Virus record (IMG/VR): IMGVR_UViG_3300030376_001467
Span: 1 to 33,620 of that record
Reading direction: 5' to 3' (one strand)
DNA length: 33,620 nt
DNA from: a virus
Taxonomy: Duplodnaviria; Caudoviricetes
In this document: piece after piece, positions 16,010-25,735 of the stretch
How positions within the stretch are numbered: the stretch's first letter is position 1
Layout: each line of letters starts with the position of its first letter
The notes under the pieces: generated by a model
The model's database searches: none
Told to the model about the DNA's origin: nothing
What the model saw: the letters and a program-made list of their open reading frames with translations, nothing else
Position numbers and translations under genes: made by a program

Positions 16010-16706
16010 ACAAGTTGAAGAAACAAAAGAAACTTTAATACAAGAACCACAAGAGTCTAGTCCAGAAAGACCTGAGTGGCTTCCAGAAAAATTTAATACA
16101 CCAGAAGATTTAGGTAAGGCTTATACTGAGTTATCTACTAAACTTGGTGCTAAGCAAGAAGATATTATAAAAGATTATAATAACGAAAGATTTATTAATA
16201 GACCAGAAACAAAAGGTGATTACGAGCTTCCAGAATCTATAGACGCAAGCCAAGCAACAGATAATGAACTTCTTAATTGGTGGTCTGAACACGCTTTTAA
16301 TAATGGGTTTAGTCAAGATCAATTTAAAGAAGGTATAGAAATGTACGCTAAAGGAATAGAAGCAGCTATTCCACAAAATGATTTAAAAGCAGAAGCAGAA
16401 AAATTAGGAGACAATGCTAACACTAGAATAGAAGCTGTTAGTATGTTTGCTAATAAATTTTTTCCAGATGAATTAAGTGGTGCTGTTGAAAAGTTAGGTG
16501 AAACAGCAGAAGGTATTATGCTTATAGAGCATATAATGTCAAAAAATAAAGACACACAAATTAGTGCTGAATCTACACCTGTATCTTCATTTGACGAATC
16601 TGATTTGCAAGCTATGATGCAAGATGAAAGATACTGGAACGCGACTAGGCGCGATCCTCATTTTGTAAAGCAAGTAGACGATGGATTTAAGAAACTATAT
16701 GGATAA
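16002..16706 (+). CDS. Capsid scaffolding/assembly protein
   Basis: RPEWLPEKF, L.KAY.EL..KLG, M.D.RYW....DP.FV..V...FKKLYG; acidic. Confidence 0.8.
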   Translation: MDEQVEETKETLIQEPQESSPERPEWLPEKFNTPEDLGKAYTELSTKLGAKQEDIIKDYNNERFINRPETKGDYELPESIDASQATDNELLNWWSEHAFNNGFSQDQFKEGIEMYAKGIEAAIPQNDLKAEAEKLGDNANTRIEAVSMFANKFFPDELSGAVEKLGETAEGIMLIEHIMSKNKDTQISAESTPVSSFDESDLQAMMQDERYWNATRRDPHFVKQVDDGFKKLYG

Positions 16707-17217
16707 AATCCTTATAAGTCATGGGAGCTTAAAAATGGTTCCCATACAAAAACGTCATGTTATTCCTATGTATAGCACTATGAGTAGAGAAAATCTTTTT
16801 GAAGCTGAAGCTATTTACAAAGTAGATTTAATGAAATCATTAATTGATTATTCAGAAACGCCTGATGTTTTTGTTATAGAAAATAATAAAGAACCTTTAG
16901 CTATTGTAGGTGTAACTGGTATTACTCATCAACAAGCTTTAATGTGGACTATATTTTCAGAAAAAATGAAAGACAATTGGTTTTCTTTTGTTAAAGCATC
17001 TCCTAAGTTAATTGATTATTTACACACACACTACCATGAAATTATTGTAGATACTTGGGAAGGTAATTATAAAATGATTCAATGGTTAGGTTGGCTAGGT
17101 TTTGATTTGACTGAGATGTATTGTAATGAACATGGTTTTAATATGGCTCATTTTGTGCGTTGCAATAAGAATAGAAAGAATGTTTACGCTTTTCCATCAA
17201 GACCCGTAATTCATTGA
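16699..17217 (+). CDS. GNAT-fold protein (T7 gp13/DUF2833-like)
   Basis: PLAIVGV, LMW, N...IQWL.WLGF motif. Confidence 0.7.
   Translation: MDKILISHGSLKMVPIQKRHVIPMYSTMSRENLFEAEAIYKVDLMKSLIDYSETPDVFVIENNKEPLAIVGVTGITHQQALMWTIFSEKMKDNWFSFVKASPKLIDYLHTHYHEIIVDTWEGNYKMIQWLGWLGFDLTEMYCNEHGFNMAHFVRCNKNRKNVYAFPSRPVIH
17153..17183 (+). promoter_or_regulatory. TTGTGCGTTG motif + GAATGT (candidate late promoter for capsid)
   Basis: Same 10-mer about 150 nt upstream of the capsid start. Confidence 0.55.
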
Positions 17218-17301
17218 GCAGCCCGTAAGGATAACTGCGTTGATATGACAGAGCGGACACTCAAGATACTTTAAATGCAACTTAAATAAGGAACTGATAA
17301 A

Positions 17302-18114
17302 ATGGCTAATACAATTGATACAGCCTTTATTAAGCAGTTTGAATCTGATGTGCATCTAGCGTATCAACGTATGGGTTCAAAGCTGCGGAATACTGTTCGT
17401 ACTTCTAATGTTACTGGAAGTGTGGTCAGATTTCAAAAAATTGGTACTGCTGAAGCAACAACAAAATCACGCAACGGCAATGTTACACCAATGGAACTAG
17501 CTCACAGCACAGTCGAAGCAACAATGGCAGATTATTATGCTGCTGAATACATCGACAAATTGGATGAGTTAAAAATCAATATCAACGAGCGTCAAGCTGT
17601 GGCTCAATCCGCTGCTGCTGCATTAGGTCGTAAGACTGATGCTATTTTGTATGCAGCAATGGATGCAGGTGCTAGCTCAACTCAAATACATGATACTGGT
17701 TCTGCTCTTGCAAAAGCTGATTTGCTATCATTGTTTGAAACTTTAGGTTCAAATGATGTACCAGAAGATGGTCAAAGATTCTTGGCTATGCATCCGAAAG
17801 GTTTTGCTGATCTGTTCTTAATCGAAGAATTTGCTTCTTCTGATTATGTCGGTGATAAAAATCTGCCGTTTGCTGGTGGTATGACAATGAAAGAATTTTT
17901 AGGAATGAAAGTTTTCTCAACGTCTGCGGTTACTGCTGGTAAAAACATTTGCTATCACAGCTCTGCTGTTGGACTTGGTGTAAACAGTGATGTTTCTACT
18001 GAGGTCAACTATGTGCCTGAGAAAGTTTCACACCTTGCAACCTCAATGATGTCCATGGGCGCTGTCGTAATTAACGACGCTGGCGTTTATGAAGTCCTTG
18101 ACAATAACTCATAG
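17302..18114 (+). CDS. Major capsid protein
   Basis: AFIKQF...V....Q..GSKLR.TV, D.LD..K, ALGRKTD, VP.DG.R; follows scaffold. Confidence 0.9.
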   Translation: MANTIDTAFIKQFESDVHLAYQRMGSKLRNTVRTSNVTGSVVRFQKIGTAEATTKSRNGNVTPMELAHSTVEATMADYYAAEYIDKLDELKININERQAVAQSAAAALGRKTDAILYAAMDAGASSTQIHDTGSALAKADLLSLFETLGSNDVPEDGQRFLAMHPKGFADLFLIEEFASSDYVGDKNLPFAGGMTMKEFLGMKVFSTSAVTAGKNICYHSSAVGLGVNSDVSTEVNYVPEKVSHLATSMMSMGAVVINDAGVYEVLDNNS

Positions 18115-18128
18115 AGAGGAGTTTAATT

Positions 18129-18392
18129 ATGGCTTTTAGTGCAAGTGGACTAACTCGTATTGGTGGCGCATCAAATGCAAACTTGTGGTTTTATACAAGT
18201 GCAGATGCAATTGCTACCGTAAACACAGCAGGTTACTTTAACGATGCAGCGAATATGCTTGCTGTTCGTGACTTGATGATTGTTTGCGATACAAACACGC
18301 CAACAACACACTTTGTCAATGTTCTTTCAAACACTGGCTCTGTAGTTGATGTTTCAGACGGCACTGCTGTCGTTGAAACAGATGGCGATTAA
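18129..18392 (+). CDS. Probable capsid decoration/minor structural protein
   Basis: Directly after capsid gene with GAGGAG RBS; Y.S.DA.ATV...GYFN motif; beta-rich. Confidence 0.6.
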   Translation: MAFSASGLTRIGGASNANLWFYTSADAIATVNTAGYFNDAANMLAVRDLMIVCDTNTPTTHFVNVLSNTGSVVDVSDGTAVVETDGD

Positions 18393-18399
18393 TAAATGC

Positions 18400-18419
18400 A
18401 GGGGGGTGAAAACCCCCCT
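18400..18419 (+). terminator. Stem-loop after capsid genes (AGGGGGGT-GAAA-ACCCCCCT), weak U-tract
   Basis: 8-bp stem with GNRA loop; no poly-T, so likely leaky or stabilising. Confidence 0.55.
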
Positions 18420-18441
18420 ACTATTAACATAGGTAGTATAT

Positions 18442-19035
18442 ATGCCAGTAACGAGTACATCTGCGGATTCCCCTGTTGACGTGTCAAGCAGGGCTTTAAT
18501 TTTAATAGGAGCAGAGCCTCTTACATCATTTGATGATGGAACTAATGAAGCTCTTGTTGCTTCTAGTACATATGAAGATGTAGCTAGAGCAGGTCTTGTA
18601 AATACAAGATGGAGATTTGCTACTAAACAAGCGCAATTAAGTAGATTAGCTGCCGCGCCTACTGGTAGATATGATGCAGCATATCAATTACCAAGCGACT
18701 CACTTATGCTTCACGCAGTTACAGTAAATGATTACCCAATATTATATCAATCTTATGCAGATAAAATATACTGTGATGCAACAACAAGTGATGTTTTAAT
18801 TGCGGATTATACATTTAGAGTAGGCGAAGAAGATTGGCCTTCTTATTTTGTTTTAGCAGTTGAGTTTTCTCTTGCTAGTATATTTGCAATTTCTATTGCA
18901 AGAGATACACAGCTTTCAAATTTTATGGAACAGAAAGCTGCATTGGCTATGGCTAAAGCAAGAGGTCTCGACTCACAACAGCAAACAAGTCGCACTTTAA
19001 ATACATCGAGGTTTGTAACACAAAGGCGTACCTAA
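18442..19035 (+). CDS. Tail tubular protein A / adaptor (T7 gp11-like)
   Basis: AL..IGA, WRFA, YQLPSD.L; size and position. Confidence 0.85.
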   Translation: MPVTSTSADSPVDVSSRALILIGAEPLTSFDDGTNEALVASSTYEDVARAGLVNTRWRFATKQAQLSRLAAAPTGRYDAAYQLPSDSLMLHAVTVNDYPILYQSYADKIYCDATTSDVLIADYTFRVGEEDWPSYFVLAVEFSLASIFAISIARDTQLSNFMEQKAALAMAKARGLDSQQQTSRTLNTSRFVTQRRT

Positions 19036-21998
19036 TGCAAAAAGTGCGAGTACCTATTTCTAATTTTCAATTTGGAGAATTAAACCCATCTCTTTCTTCA
19101 AGAACTGATTCAGATATTTATACTGCATCTGCTGAGCGTGTAGAGAATTTATTTTTGCGCGGTGAAGGTGGAGTAATAAAAAGACCGGGGTTAGAAAATA
19201 TTTATGAATACGACACTACTGTAGAAAGAACAACCTGCACAATAACTGTATCTGATTATGCAAATATAGCTGTTGGTACGCAGTTAAAATTTTATGATGG
19301 TGACGGTAATTTATTTATATTAGAATCTGAAGCAATAAGCGGAAGCGCACCATCTTCTGCTGTTGGAAATAAACATTATTTTAGGCCAAATGAATCTAAT
19401 AATACAACTGCTGATAATATTTATACTGCTATTAATGCTATTGCTGGTTTTACTGTAGCCAATCCTTCTGCTGCTGTAGTTACTGTTACTAGAGATAAAC
19501 CTAATGGCGGTACTTTTTTAGCAACAGAAAGCACAGATTTAACAAGATTAGTAATAACTAATTTTTCTGGTGGGTCTAAGGTACAATCAAGATTATTACC
19601 ATTTATTTTTTCTGATGACGAAAGATACATTATATCTTTAGAAAATGCTAAACTAAGGTGTTTTCAAATTAGCCCAACAACAGGTGTAGTTTCTTTAGTA
19701 GCTACATTAACTCAAGATGTTGATGGCAATGCATTACCTTTTTCAGATTTATATTTGCATGAATATACTTATGCACAAGCAGGTGATGTTATGTTTATTT
19801 GTCACCCATTGTTTATGCCTAGACAATTAGTAAGAACAAGTCTTACTACATTTCAAGTTGAAGTGTTTGCTTTTGATGTAAAGTCCGATGCTACAGAAAT
19901 TTATCAACCTTACTATTCATTCCAAGGATTAAATATAACTTTAAATCCAGACTCAACGAGTGGAACAAATTGTATTATGAGTATACAAAAATATGTTGGG
20001 GAAGTGGCAGATGACGATGGTCTTTCTGTTGCAGCTGAAGTAGCAAATAATGCTGATTTAGTTCTTGGTGGAGCTTTATGCTCAGGAGGAACTGCTACTT
20101 TTACAACAGGAAGACAGGTTACAATAACTTCTTCTGGCAATGATAGTAGTGGTGTAGGGTTTACTATTTACGGAACAGATGTTGATGGTTTAGCAAAGCA
20201 AGCAATTATGTCAGGTACAAATGCAGGAGTTGCTTCAGATGATCATTCTCCATATTTTAAAACTATTACAAGAATACAAGTAAGTGGTGATCCAGCAGGA
20301 ACTATTAAAGCAGGTGTAAGTAGCAATTCTGCTTTTAAATATTTTGATACAACAGGAGATCCTACTGGTGGTAACTTAGCAAGAGAATATCCTAGTTCTT
20401 TGCATCTTGGCGTTACATTAAAATATCACGGAAAAGAAATAGAAATTACTAAAGTTTATAGTTCTTCTATGGCTAAAGGAACAATTCTAGATACTCTAAA
20501 ACAAATTTTAGATGTAAATGCTTTTAGAACAAACGGCTCTACTGCTGAGGTAATTGTTACTCATGTTAAACATGGAATGGCTGTAGGAAATAGTATTACA
20601 ATTGCTAAGGCAGGAGCAGTAGGTGGAATATCTGCTTCAAATTTAAATGGCGCAAGAACTATTACTGCTATTATTGATGATAATCATTATAGTTTTGACG
20701 CAGGAGGAAACTCAAATGCAGCAGCAGATGGTGGGGGTGCGCCAGAAATTACAACACACGCTCCTACTTTAGATTGGTCAGAGCAATCGTTTTCTGTATT
20801 AAGAGGGTATCCTGCTTCTGTTGCTTTTCACGAAAATAGATTAATATTTGCTGGAACTTTATCTCAACCTGATTCTATTTGGATGAGTAAATCTGCACAA
20901 TATTATAATTTTGATGTAGGCACTGCGGAAGATAATGATTCAATACAAGTTACTGCTAGCATTGGAGAAATAAATCAAATACGTCATTTAGTTTCTAATA
21001 GAGATTTGCAAATATTTACATCTACTTCTGAAATGTACATACCTTCATTTCAAAATAAACCATTAACACCAACAACAATAACAATAAAAAGGCAAACGCC
21101 ATTTGGATCAAACTTTGCTAGACCGCAAGTTATAGATGGTGGAACTGTGTTTGTTCAAAAAGGTGGGTCTATTGTTAGAGAGTTTTTATTTGCTGATTCT
21201 GAAGCTGCTTATACAGCAAGTGCAGTATCTACACTTTCTTCGCATCTTATTAAATCACCAAAAGAAATGAGTATACTTTATGGTGCAATAGATAGAACAG
21301 AAAGTTATATATTTGTTGTAAACAATGACGGAACACTTGCAGTTTTTAATTCTAACAGAGCCGAGAAACACGCAGGTTGGTCAGAATTTACTTGTCAAGG
21401 TAAGTTTATGTCTGCTGTAACAATAGACGATAGAGTTTTTTCTAATGTTGTTATTAATACTGGAGCAGGAACTCATCAAATATTTTTATGCGAATTTCAA
21501 TCTGCTTTAAATACTGATGTTGCTAAAGTTTATACTGGTAGCGCAGGTGTGTTTAATGTTTCTGCTACTTACGCAAATGGAGCTGTTGTAAATGTTATAG
21601 ATGGTACAAACTATGTAGGTGAGTTTACTGTATCTGGTGGAAATGTAGATGTTTCTTCTGTTTCTACATTAACGTATGCAGAAATAGGATTAAAGTTTGA
21701 TGTTAATTTAAGAACAAATCCTATAGATATAGTAGCTCAAAATGGCCCAACTACAGGAGACTTTAGAGGTGTTTCTACTGTTGTTATAGATTTGAACAAA
21801 ACATTATCTTTAAGTGTTAATGGTACAAATTTAGTTGTTACTAATGTAAACAATGATTTGTCATTAGGACAACAACCAGTTACAGGAAGAAAAGAATTTA
21901 GATTACTTGGTTACAATCGTGATCCTAAAATTACAATAAGTCAATCAGCACCATTACCAATGCAGGTTAATGGTCTTATAGCGGAGTTAATTTTCTAA
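19035..21998 (+). CDS. Tail tubular protein B / nozzle (T7 gp12-like) with inserted domains
   Basis: NF..GEL.P, GG..KRPG, YAQ.GDVMF, GYP..V.FHENRL.F, GWS. Confidence 0.85.
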   Translation: MQKVRVPISNFQFGELNPSLSSRTDSDIYTASAERVENLFLRGEGGVIKRPGLENIYEYDTTVERTTCTITVSDYANIAVGTQLKFYDGDGNLFILESEAISGSAPSSAVGNKHYFRPNESNNTTADNIYTAINAIAGFTVANPSAAVVTVTRDKPNGGTFLATESTDLTRLVITNFSGGSKVQSRLLPFIFSDDERYIISLENAKLRCFQISPTTGVVSLVATLTQDVDGNALPFSDLYLHEYTYAQAGDVMFICHPLFMPRQLVRTSLTTFQVEVFAFDVKSDATEIYQPYYSFQGLNITLNPDSTSGTNCIMSIQKYVGEVADDDGLSVAAEVANNADLVLGGALCSGGTATFTTGRQVTITSSGNDSSGVGFTIYGTDVDGLAKQAIMSGTNAGVASDDHSPYFKTITRIQVSGDPAGTIKAGVSSNSAFKYFDTTGDPTGGNLAREYPSSLHLGVTLKYHGKEIEITKVYSSSMAKGTILDTLKQILDVNAFRTNGSTAEVIVTHVKHGMAVGNSITIAKAGAVGGISASNLNGARTITAIIDDNHYSFDAGGNSNAAADGGGAPEITTHAPTLDWSEQSFSVLRGYPASVAFHENRLIFAGTLSQPDSIWMSKSAQYYNFDVGTAEDNDSIQVTASIGEINQIRHLVSNRDLQIFTSTSEMYIPSFQNKPLTPTTITIKRQTPFGSNFARPQVIDGGTVFVQKGGSIVREFLFADSEAAYTASAVSTLSSHLIKSPKEMSILYGAIDRTESYIFVVNNDGTLAVFNSNRAEKHAGWSEFTCQGKFMSAVTIDDRVFSNVVINTGAGTHQIFLCEFQSALNTDVAKVYTGSAGVFNVSATYANGAVVNVIDGTNYVGEFTVSGGNVDVSSVSTLTYAEIGLKFDVNLRTNPIDIVAQNGPTTGDFRGVSTVVIDLNKTLSLSVNGTNLVVTNVNNDLSLGQQPVTGRKEFRLLGYNRDPKITISQSAPLPMQVNGLIAELIF

Positions 21999-22459
21999 TG
22001 TGTATGCCTTTACAATTAATCGCTGCTGGCGCAAGCACTATGATTCAAATGGAAGCGCAAGCAAAACAAGCGCAAGCACAAAAAAAAGCTGAAGATAGGC
22101 AAGCTAGACAAATAGAAATTGATAGAGAAATGGGTAAAGTACAAGCTATGCAAAATCAAAATGCGCGTGTAGCTGAATACATTTCTGCTGAAAAATCTAA
22201 CTTAGCTGTGTTTTCTGCAAGTGGTGTTGATGTTGATAGTGCATCTCAAAAAGCTTTTGCAGAAGCTAATCTTATTACTGTTGGTGAAGATTTAAGTGCT
22301 ATAGCTTTGCAAGCTGATTATCAATCTAGAACTAGAACTGTTGAAGCAGGGTTAGCAAGAGAGCGTGGATCAAATGCTTTAAGCGCAGGGTATGCTAACA
22401 TGATGGGTACTGCTGCTACTGGTATTTATAATATGGCAAGAATATGGCCTAAAACTTAG
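21998..22459 (+). CDS. Internal virion (ejection) protein, T7 gp14-like
   Basis: MC start, Ala/Gln-rich helical, ASGV motif, position. Confidence 0.7.
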   Translation: MCMPLQLIAAGASTMIQMEAQAKQAQAQKKAEDRQARQIEIDREMGKVQAMQNQNARVAEYISAEKSNLAVFSASGVDVDSASQKAFAEANLITVGEDLSAIALQADYQSRTRTVEAGLARERGSNALSAGYANMMGTAATGIYNMARIWPKT

Positions 22460-22468
22460 GATAATAAA

Positions 22469-25400
22469 ATGGCAGTAACTAAACAAAAAAGATCTTATAT
22501 AAATCAACCAATAGGTGTTACTAGATTTGAAACTGGTGAAGATGAAATGTGGGAAACTGTTGCTAATACTGCTAGCAGGTTAAATGAAATAGCTTTAAAA
22601 GAAGGTGCTAAACAAGCAGAGCAATCTGGTCTTGATGCGGCTATGGCTGTTGAGCAATCAGAAATAATTGCATTTGATGCTGAAACTGGCAAGCCAAGAG
22701 CGTTAGATCCTAAAATGTTTAGTGGAGGTATAATTGCTAGAGATGCTTATAAGCGCGTTGTAGAAAAAAGATTTGGAGCTTCTATAGAGAATGAGTTAAA
22801 AATAAAAGCTCAAGAACTTCAATTAAAATATAAGTTTGAACCAGAATTATTTCGAGAAGAAATGTCTAGGTATGTTGCTGATATGCACGCAAACGCTCAA
22901 GGCAAATGGAAAGAGACTGTTAAAGTTGGTGGAGTAGCAATAACAAGAGCTACCGAATTAAATATCCAAGCAAACGCAATAGAAAAAAATAATAAAGAGC
23001 TTGCTTTAAATATTCAAAATAAAATTGATACTTTTTTAAATGAAGAATTTTATAATAACTTTGTAAATTTTAACAAAGACTTTGCTTTAAATTTTGTAGG
23101 AACACAAGCTGATGAATTAATTGCTGAAATAGAAGATGCTGAAGCCGCTAATATTTTACCAGTAGGTAGCGCAGAAAAATTTGAAGATAAATTTCTAGCA
23201 ACTCTTGGTCTTTATCAAGCGCAAGAAATGCTTAGAGACAATACTATTATTCCATTAGTTGGAGGTGACGATCAAAGAAATGCTCTTTCTGTTGCCTTAA
23301 CTACTGGTGATTATAATGCTTTAAATGATGAGAAGTATCAAGATGCAAGAAAAATACTTACACAATTAATAGCAACAACTAGTGGTGATAGAGCTATTCT
23401 TAGTAATATTGGAAACGATATAGGAAAAAATATTGAAATATTAAATGTGCAATCTCAAGCAAAACAAAAAACACAAATAATATTAAATGTTTATGAATTT
23501 GGATCACAACAAATTGCTAAAGAAAATGAGATAGAACAATCATTTTTTAATGGAACAGCAGATTTAACTAAAAATGGAAAAATTGAAACTGAATTAGAAA
23601 AATTAGATGAAGAAGCTAAAACATTAATTCTAGCAAATAGTGCTAATAAAAATCCAAATATAATTAAAGAAATAGGATTAATACAAGAACAAAAAGAAAC
23701 GATAAAAAATACTGTTTTAAAACAGGCTATATTTGATTTAGCAATTACAGAAGATGTAAGTATAAATGAAATAAAGTTAACTTTAGAAGGAGATAAAAGA
23801 TATTTAACAAAACTTTCTGCTAAAGGAAAAGTTACAGTAGATTTTATTAACAGAAATAAAATAAAAATTGCTGGTTTTGCAGGATTGTTTAATGATTTAT
23901 CAAGACAATATTCAGCAAAAAATATACAAGAAATAAAAAATCACACGCAAGCTGCTCTTACACAAGAAAATGAATTAAGAAAAACATTATCTTTAAACAG
24001 CTATGAAGAAAATGAAAGCCTTTATAATTCTTTAATTAATGAATTAAATAATCCTGATGGAATGTATTCAAAAATGGATTTTGAACGTGCTAATGCTTTA
24101 ATAAGAAGGTTAACATTAACTATTTCTAAAGAAGCTTTAGGTCAAATAGGATTTAAAAATACTAACGAAACAAGGGCTGCATTAAGTTATCTTGATAATA
24201 CAAACCCTAATGCTTTAAATTCTATGCCTAGAATAAAAGAAATTATAGAAGATGTAGAAAAAAACGGTATTACAAAAAGTGAATTATTACCAACTATTGT
24301 TGGAATAAATAGTAGATTAAATCAAATAGAAGTAGCTCAATCTTATGCACAAACTGCTATAAATAATAAAGAGATACTTTATAAGGGAGGTAGTACAAAT
24401 AGCGAAATAATGAAAGCAACAGCGCAAGCTAACCTTATAGACCCTCATATACTTTCAGAATCTACAGAGCCATTTGCTATTGATATTCAAGATACAACTA
24501 CAAAATTAACATTAGAAGAAAATTTATATGACCCTAATTTAATGCAAAATAATCCAAGATTATTTGCAGGATTAATTACTTCTATGGAACTTAATACAAT
24601 TCCTAAAAAAGTAGAAATAATTTTTAATAAAGCAGCAAGAGGCGCAGTAAGAAAAGAGCAAGCTAGTGCTATTGTTGCATTAGCAGGTACTTTAATGGAA
24701 AGACTACATCCAGAAACAAATCAACCTCATAATTTATTAGATAAAATATTAAACACAGAAACTTATAGCGCATTAAAAACAGCTTTTCTTATTACAAGAG
24801 AAGAAGGAAGTGAAAACGCATTAGAATTTTTAATAAATGCTTCTGAAATTCATACAAAAGATTTTAATTCTAGGTTTGATATTTTTATGGATGCTTATGG
24901 TCATGAAACTTTAAGAGATTTTTTTGGAAGTATTAATGATGATTTAGCAAAAGATGGTCAAGCAATAGAAGATTTTTCTCCTTATGTAAAACATTTATAT
25001 TTAAGTGGGATGCCTATGAGTGAAATAAAAGATAAAATAGAAGAAAGATATAAAGAATCATATGGAGATACAGAGGGTTTAGTTTTAGATCCTGGAAACC
25101 AAAATGTAAATAGATCAAGAAGTTCTTTTGCTTCTACTTATGGAAAAGTTCAAGGATTAGAACCATTAGTTATGGATCATCTTAATACACAATTAGCTGC
25201 AATTAATCCCCATTACATTTTTGAAAAAGATCAAGGTGTTGTTGGTAAAGTAGCTAATTTTCTTGAACCTTTTTCTGCTTTTATGGTTGGCGTTACTTCT
25301 CAAGCACTTTTATTAGATTACAATAAGAGCGTTGATGAAGCTATTCAAAAAGGAATTGATCCTAAAAATATAGCTATAAAATTTTTTAATGACAAAGTTT

Positions 25401-25732
25401 CAGAATATAATGCTAATGCTATAAGAGTTAAAGCGGTGCCTGTTCCAAGCTCAGATCAATTAGTAATACACGCTCTTTATGAAATAACAGAAGAAGGTAA
25501 GTTAGGCAAACCAGTAAGGATGCCTAATGGAGAACATCTTGCAATTAGTAATAGAGATGATTATATTATCAAATTTTTAAGTAATAAAGCAAATACAGAA
25601 TCTGGTTACACTTTAGAAGAATTAGAAGATTCAATAATGTATAGAAAAAATTTAGCAGAAAGAGCAAAAAATTCTTCTAATTTATCAATGCACTCTGCTC
25701 CTTGGGCAAGTCCTGCTCCTTTTGAGAATTAA
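22469..25732 (+). CDS. Large internal virion (ejection) protein
   Basis: 1087 aa helical protein in the gp15 position; no catalytic motif recognised. Confidence 0.6.
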   Translation: MAVTKQKRSYINQPIGVTRFETGEDEMWETVANTASRLNEIALKEGAKQAEQSGLDAAMAVEQSEIIAFDAETGKPRALDPKMFSGGIIARDAYKRVVEKRFGASIENELKIKAQELQLKYKFEPELFREEMSRYVADMHANAQGKWKETVKVGGVAITRATELNIQANAIEKNNKELALNIQNKIDTFLNEEFYNNFVNFNKDFALNFVGTQADELIAEIEDAEAANILPVGSAEKFEDKFLATLGLYQAQEMLRDNTIIPLVGGDDQRNALSVALTTGDYNALNDEKYQDARKILTQLIATTSGDRAILSNIGNDIGKNIEILNVQSQAKQKTQIILNVYEFGSQQIAKENEIEQSFFNGTADLTKNGKIETELEKLDEEAKTLILANSANKNPNIIKEIGLIQEQKETIKNTVLKQAIFDLAITEDVSINEIKLTLEGDKRYLTKLSAKGKVTVDFINRNKIKIAGFAGLFNDLSRQYSAKNIQEIKNHTQAALTQENELRKTLSLNSYEENESLYNSLINELNNPDGMYSKMDFERANALIRRLTLTISKEALGQIGFKNTNETRAALSYLDNTNPNALNSMPRIKEIIEDVEKNGITKSELLPTIVGINSRLNQIEVAQSYAQTAINNKEILYKGGSTNSEIMKATAQANLIDPHILSESTEPFAIDIQDTTTKLTLEENLYDPNLMQNNPRLFAGLITSMELNTIPKKVEIIFNKAARGAVRKEQASAIVALAGTLMERLHPETNQPHNLLDKILNTETYSALKTAFLITREEGSENALEFLINASEIHTKDFNSRFDIFMDAYGHETLRDFFGSINDDLAKDGQAIEDFSPYVKHLYLSGMPMSEIKDKIEERYKESYGDTEGLVLDPGNQNVNRSRSSFASTYGKVQGLEPLVMDHLNTQLAAINPHYIFEKDQGVVGKVANFLEPFSAFMVGVTSQALLLDYNKSVDEAIQKGIDPKNIAIKFFNDKVSEYNANAIRVKAVPVPSSDQLVIHALYEITEEGKLGKPVRMPNGEHLAISNRDDYIIKFLSNKANTESGYTLEELEDSIMYRKNLAERAKNSSNLSMHSAPWASPAPFEN

Positions 25733-25735
25733 TAA

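Noticed and set aside
18112-18131. Readthrough/frameshift fusion of capsid to the downstream 87-aa protein (T7 10B-like)
   Set aside because: Downstream gene is out of frame, has its own strong RBS, and no slippery heptamer was seen
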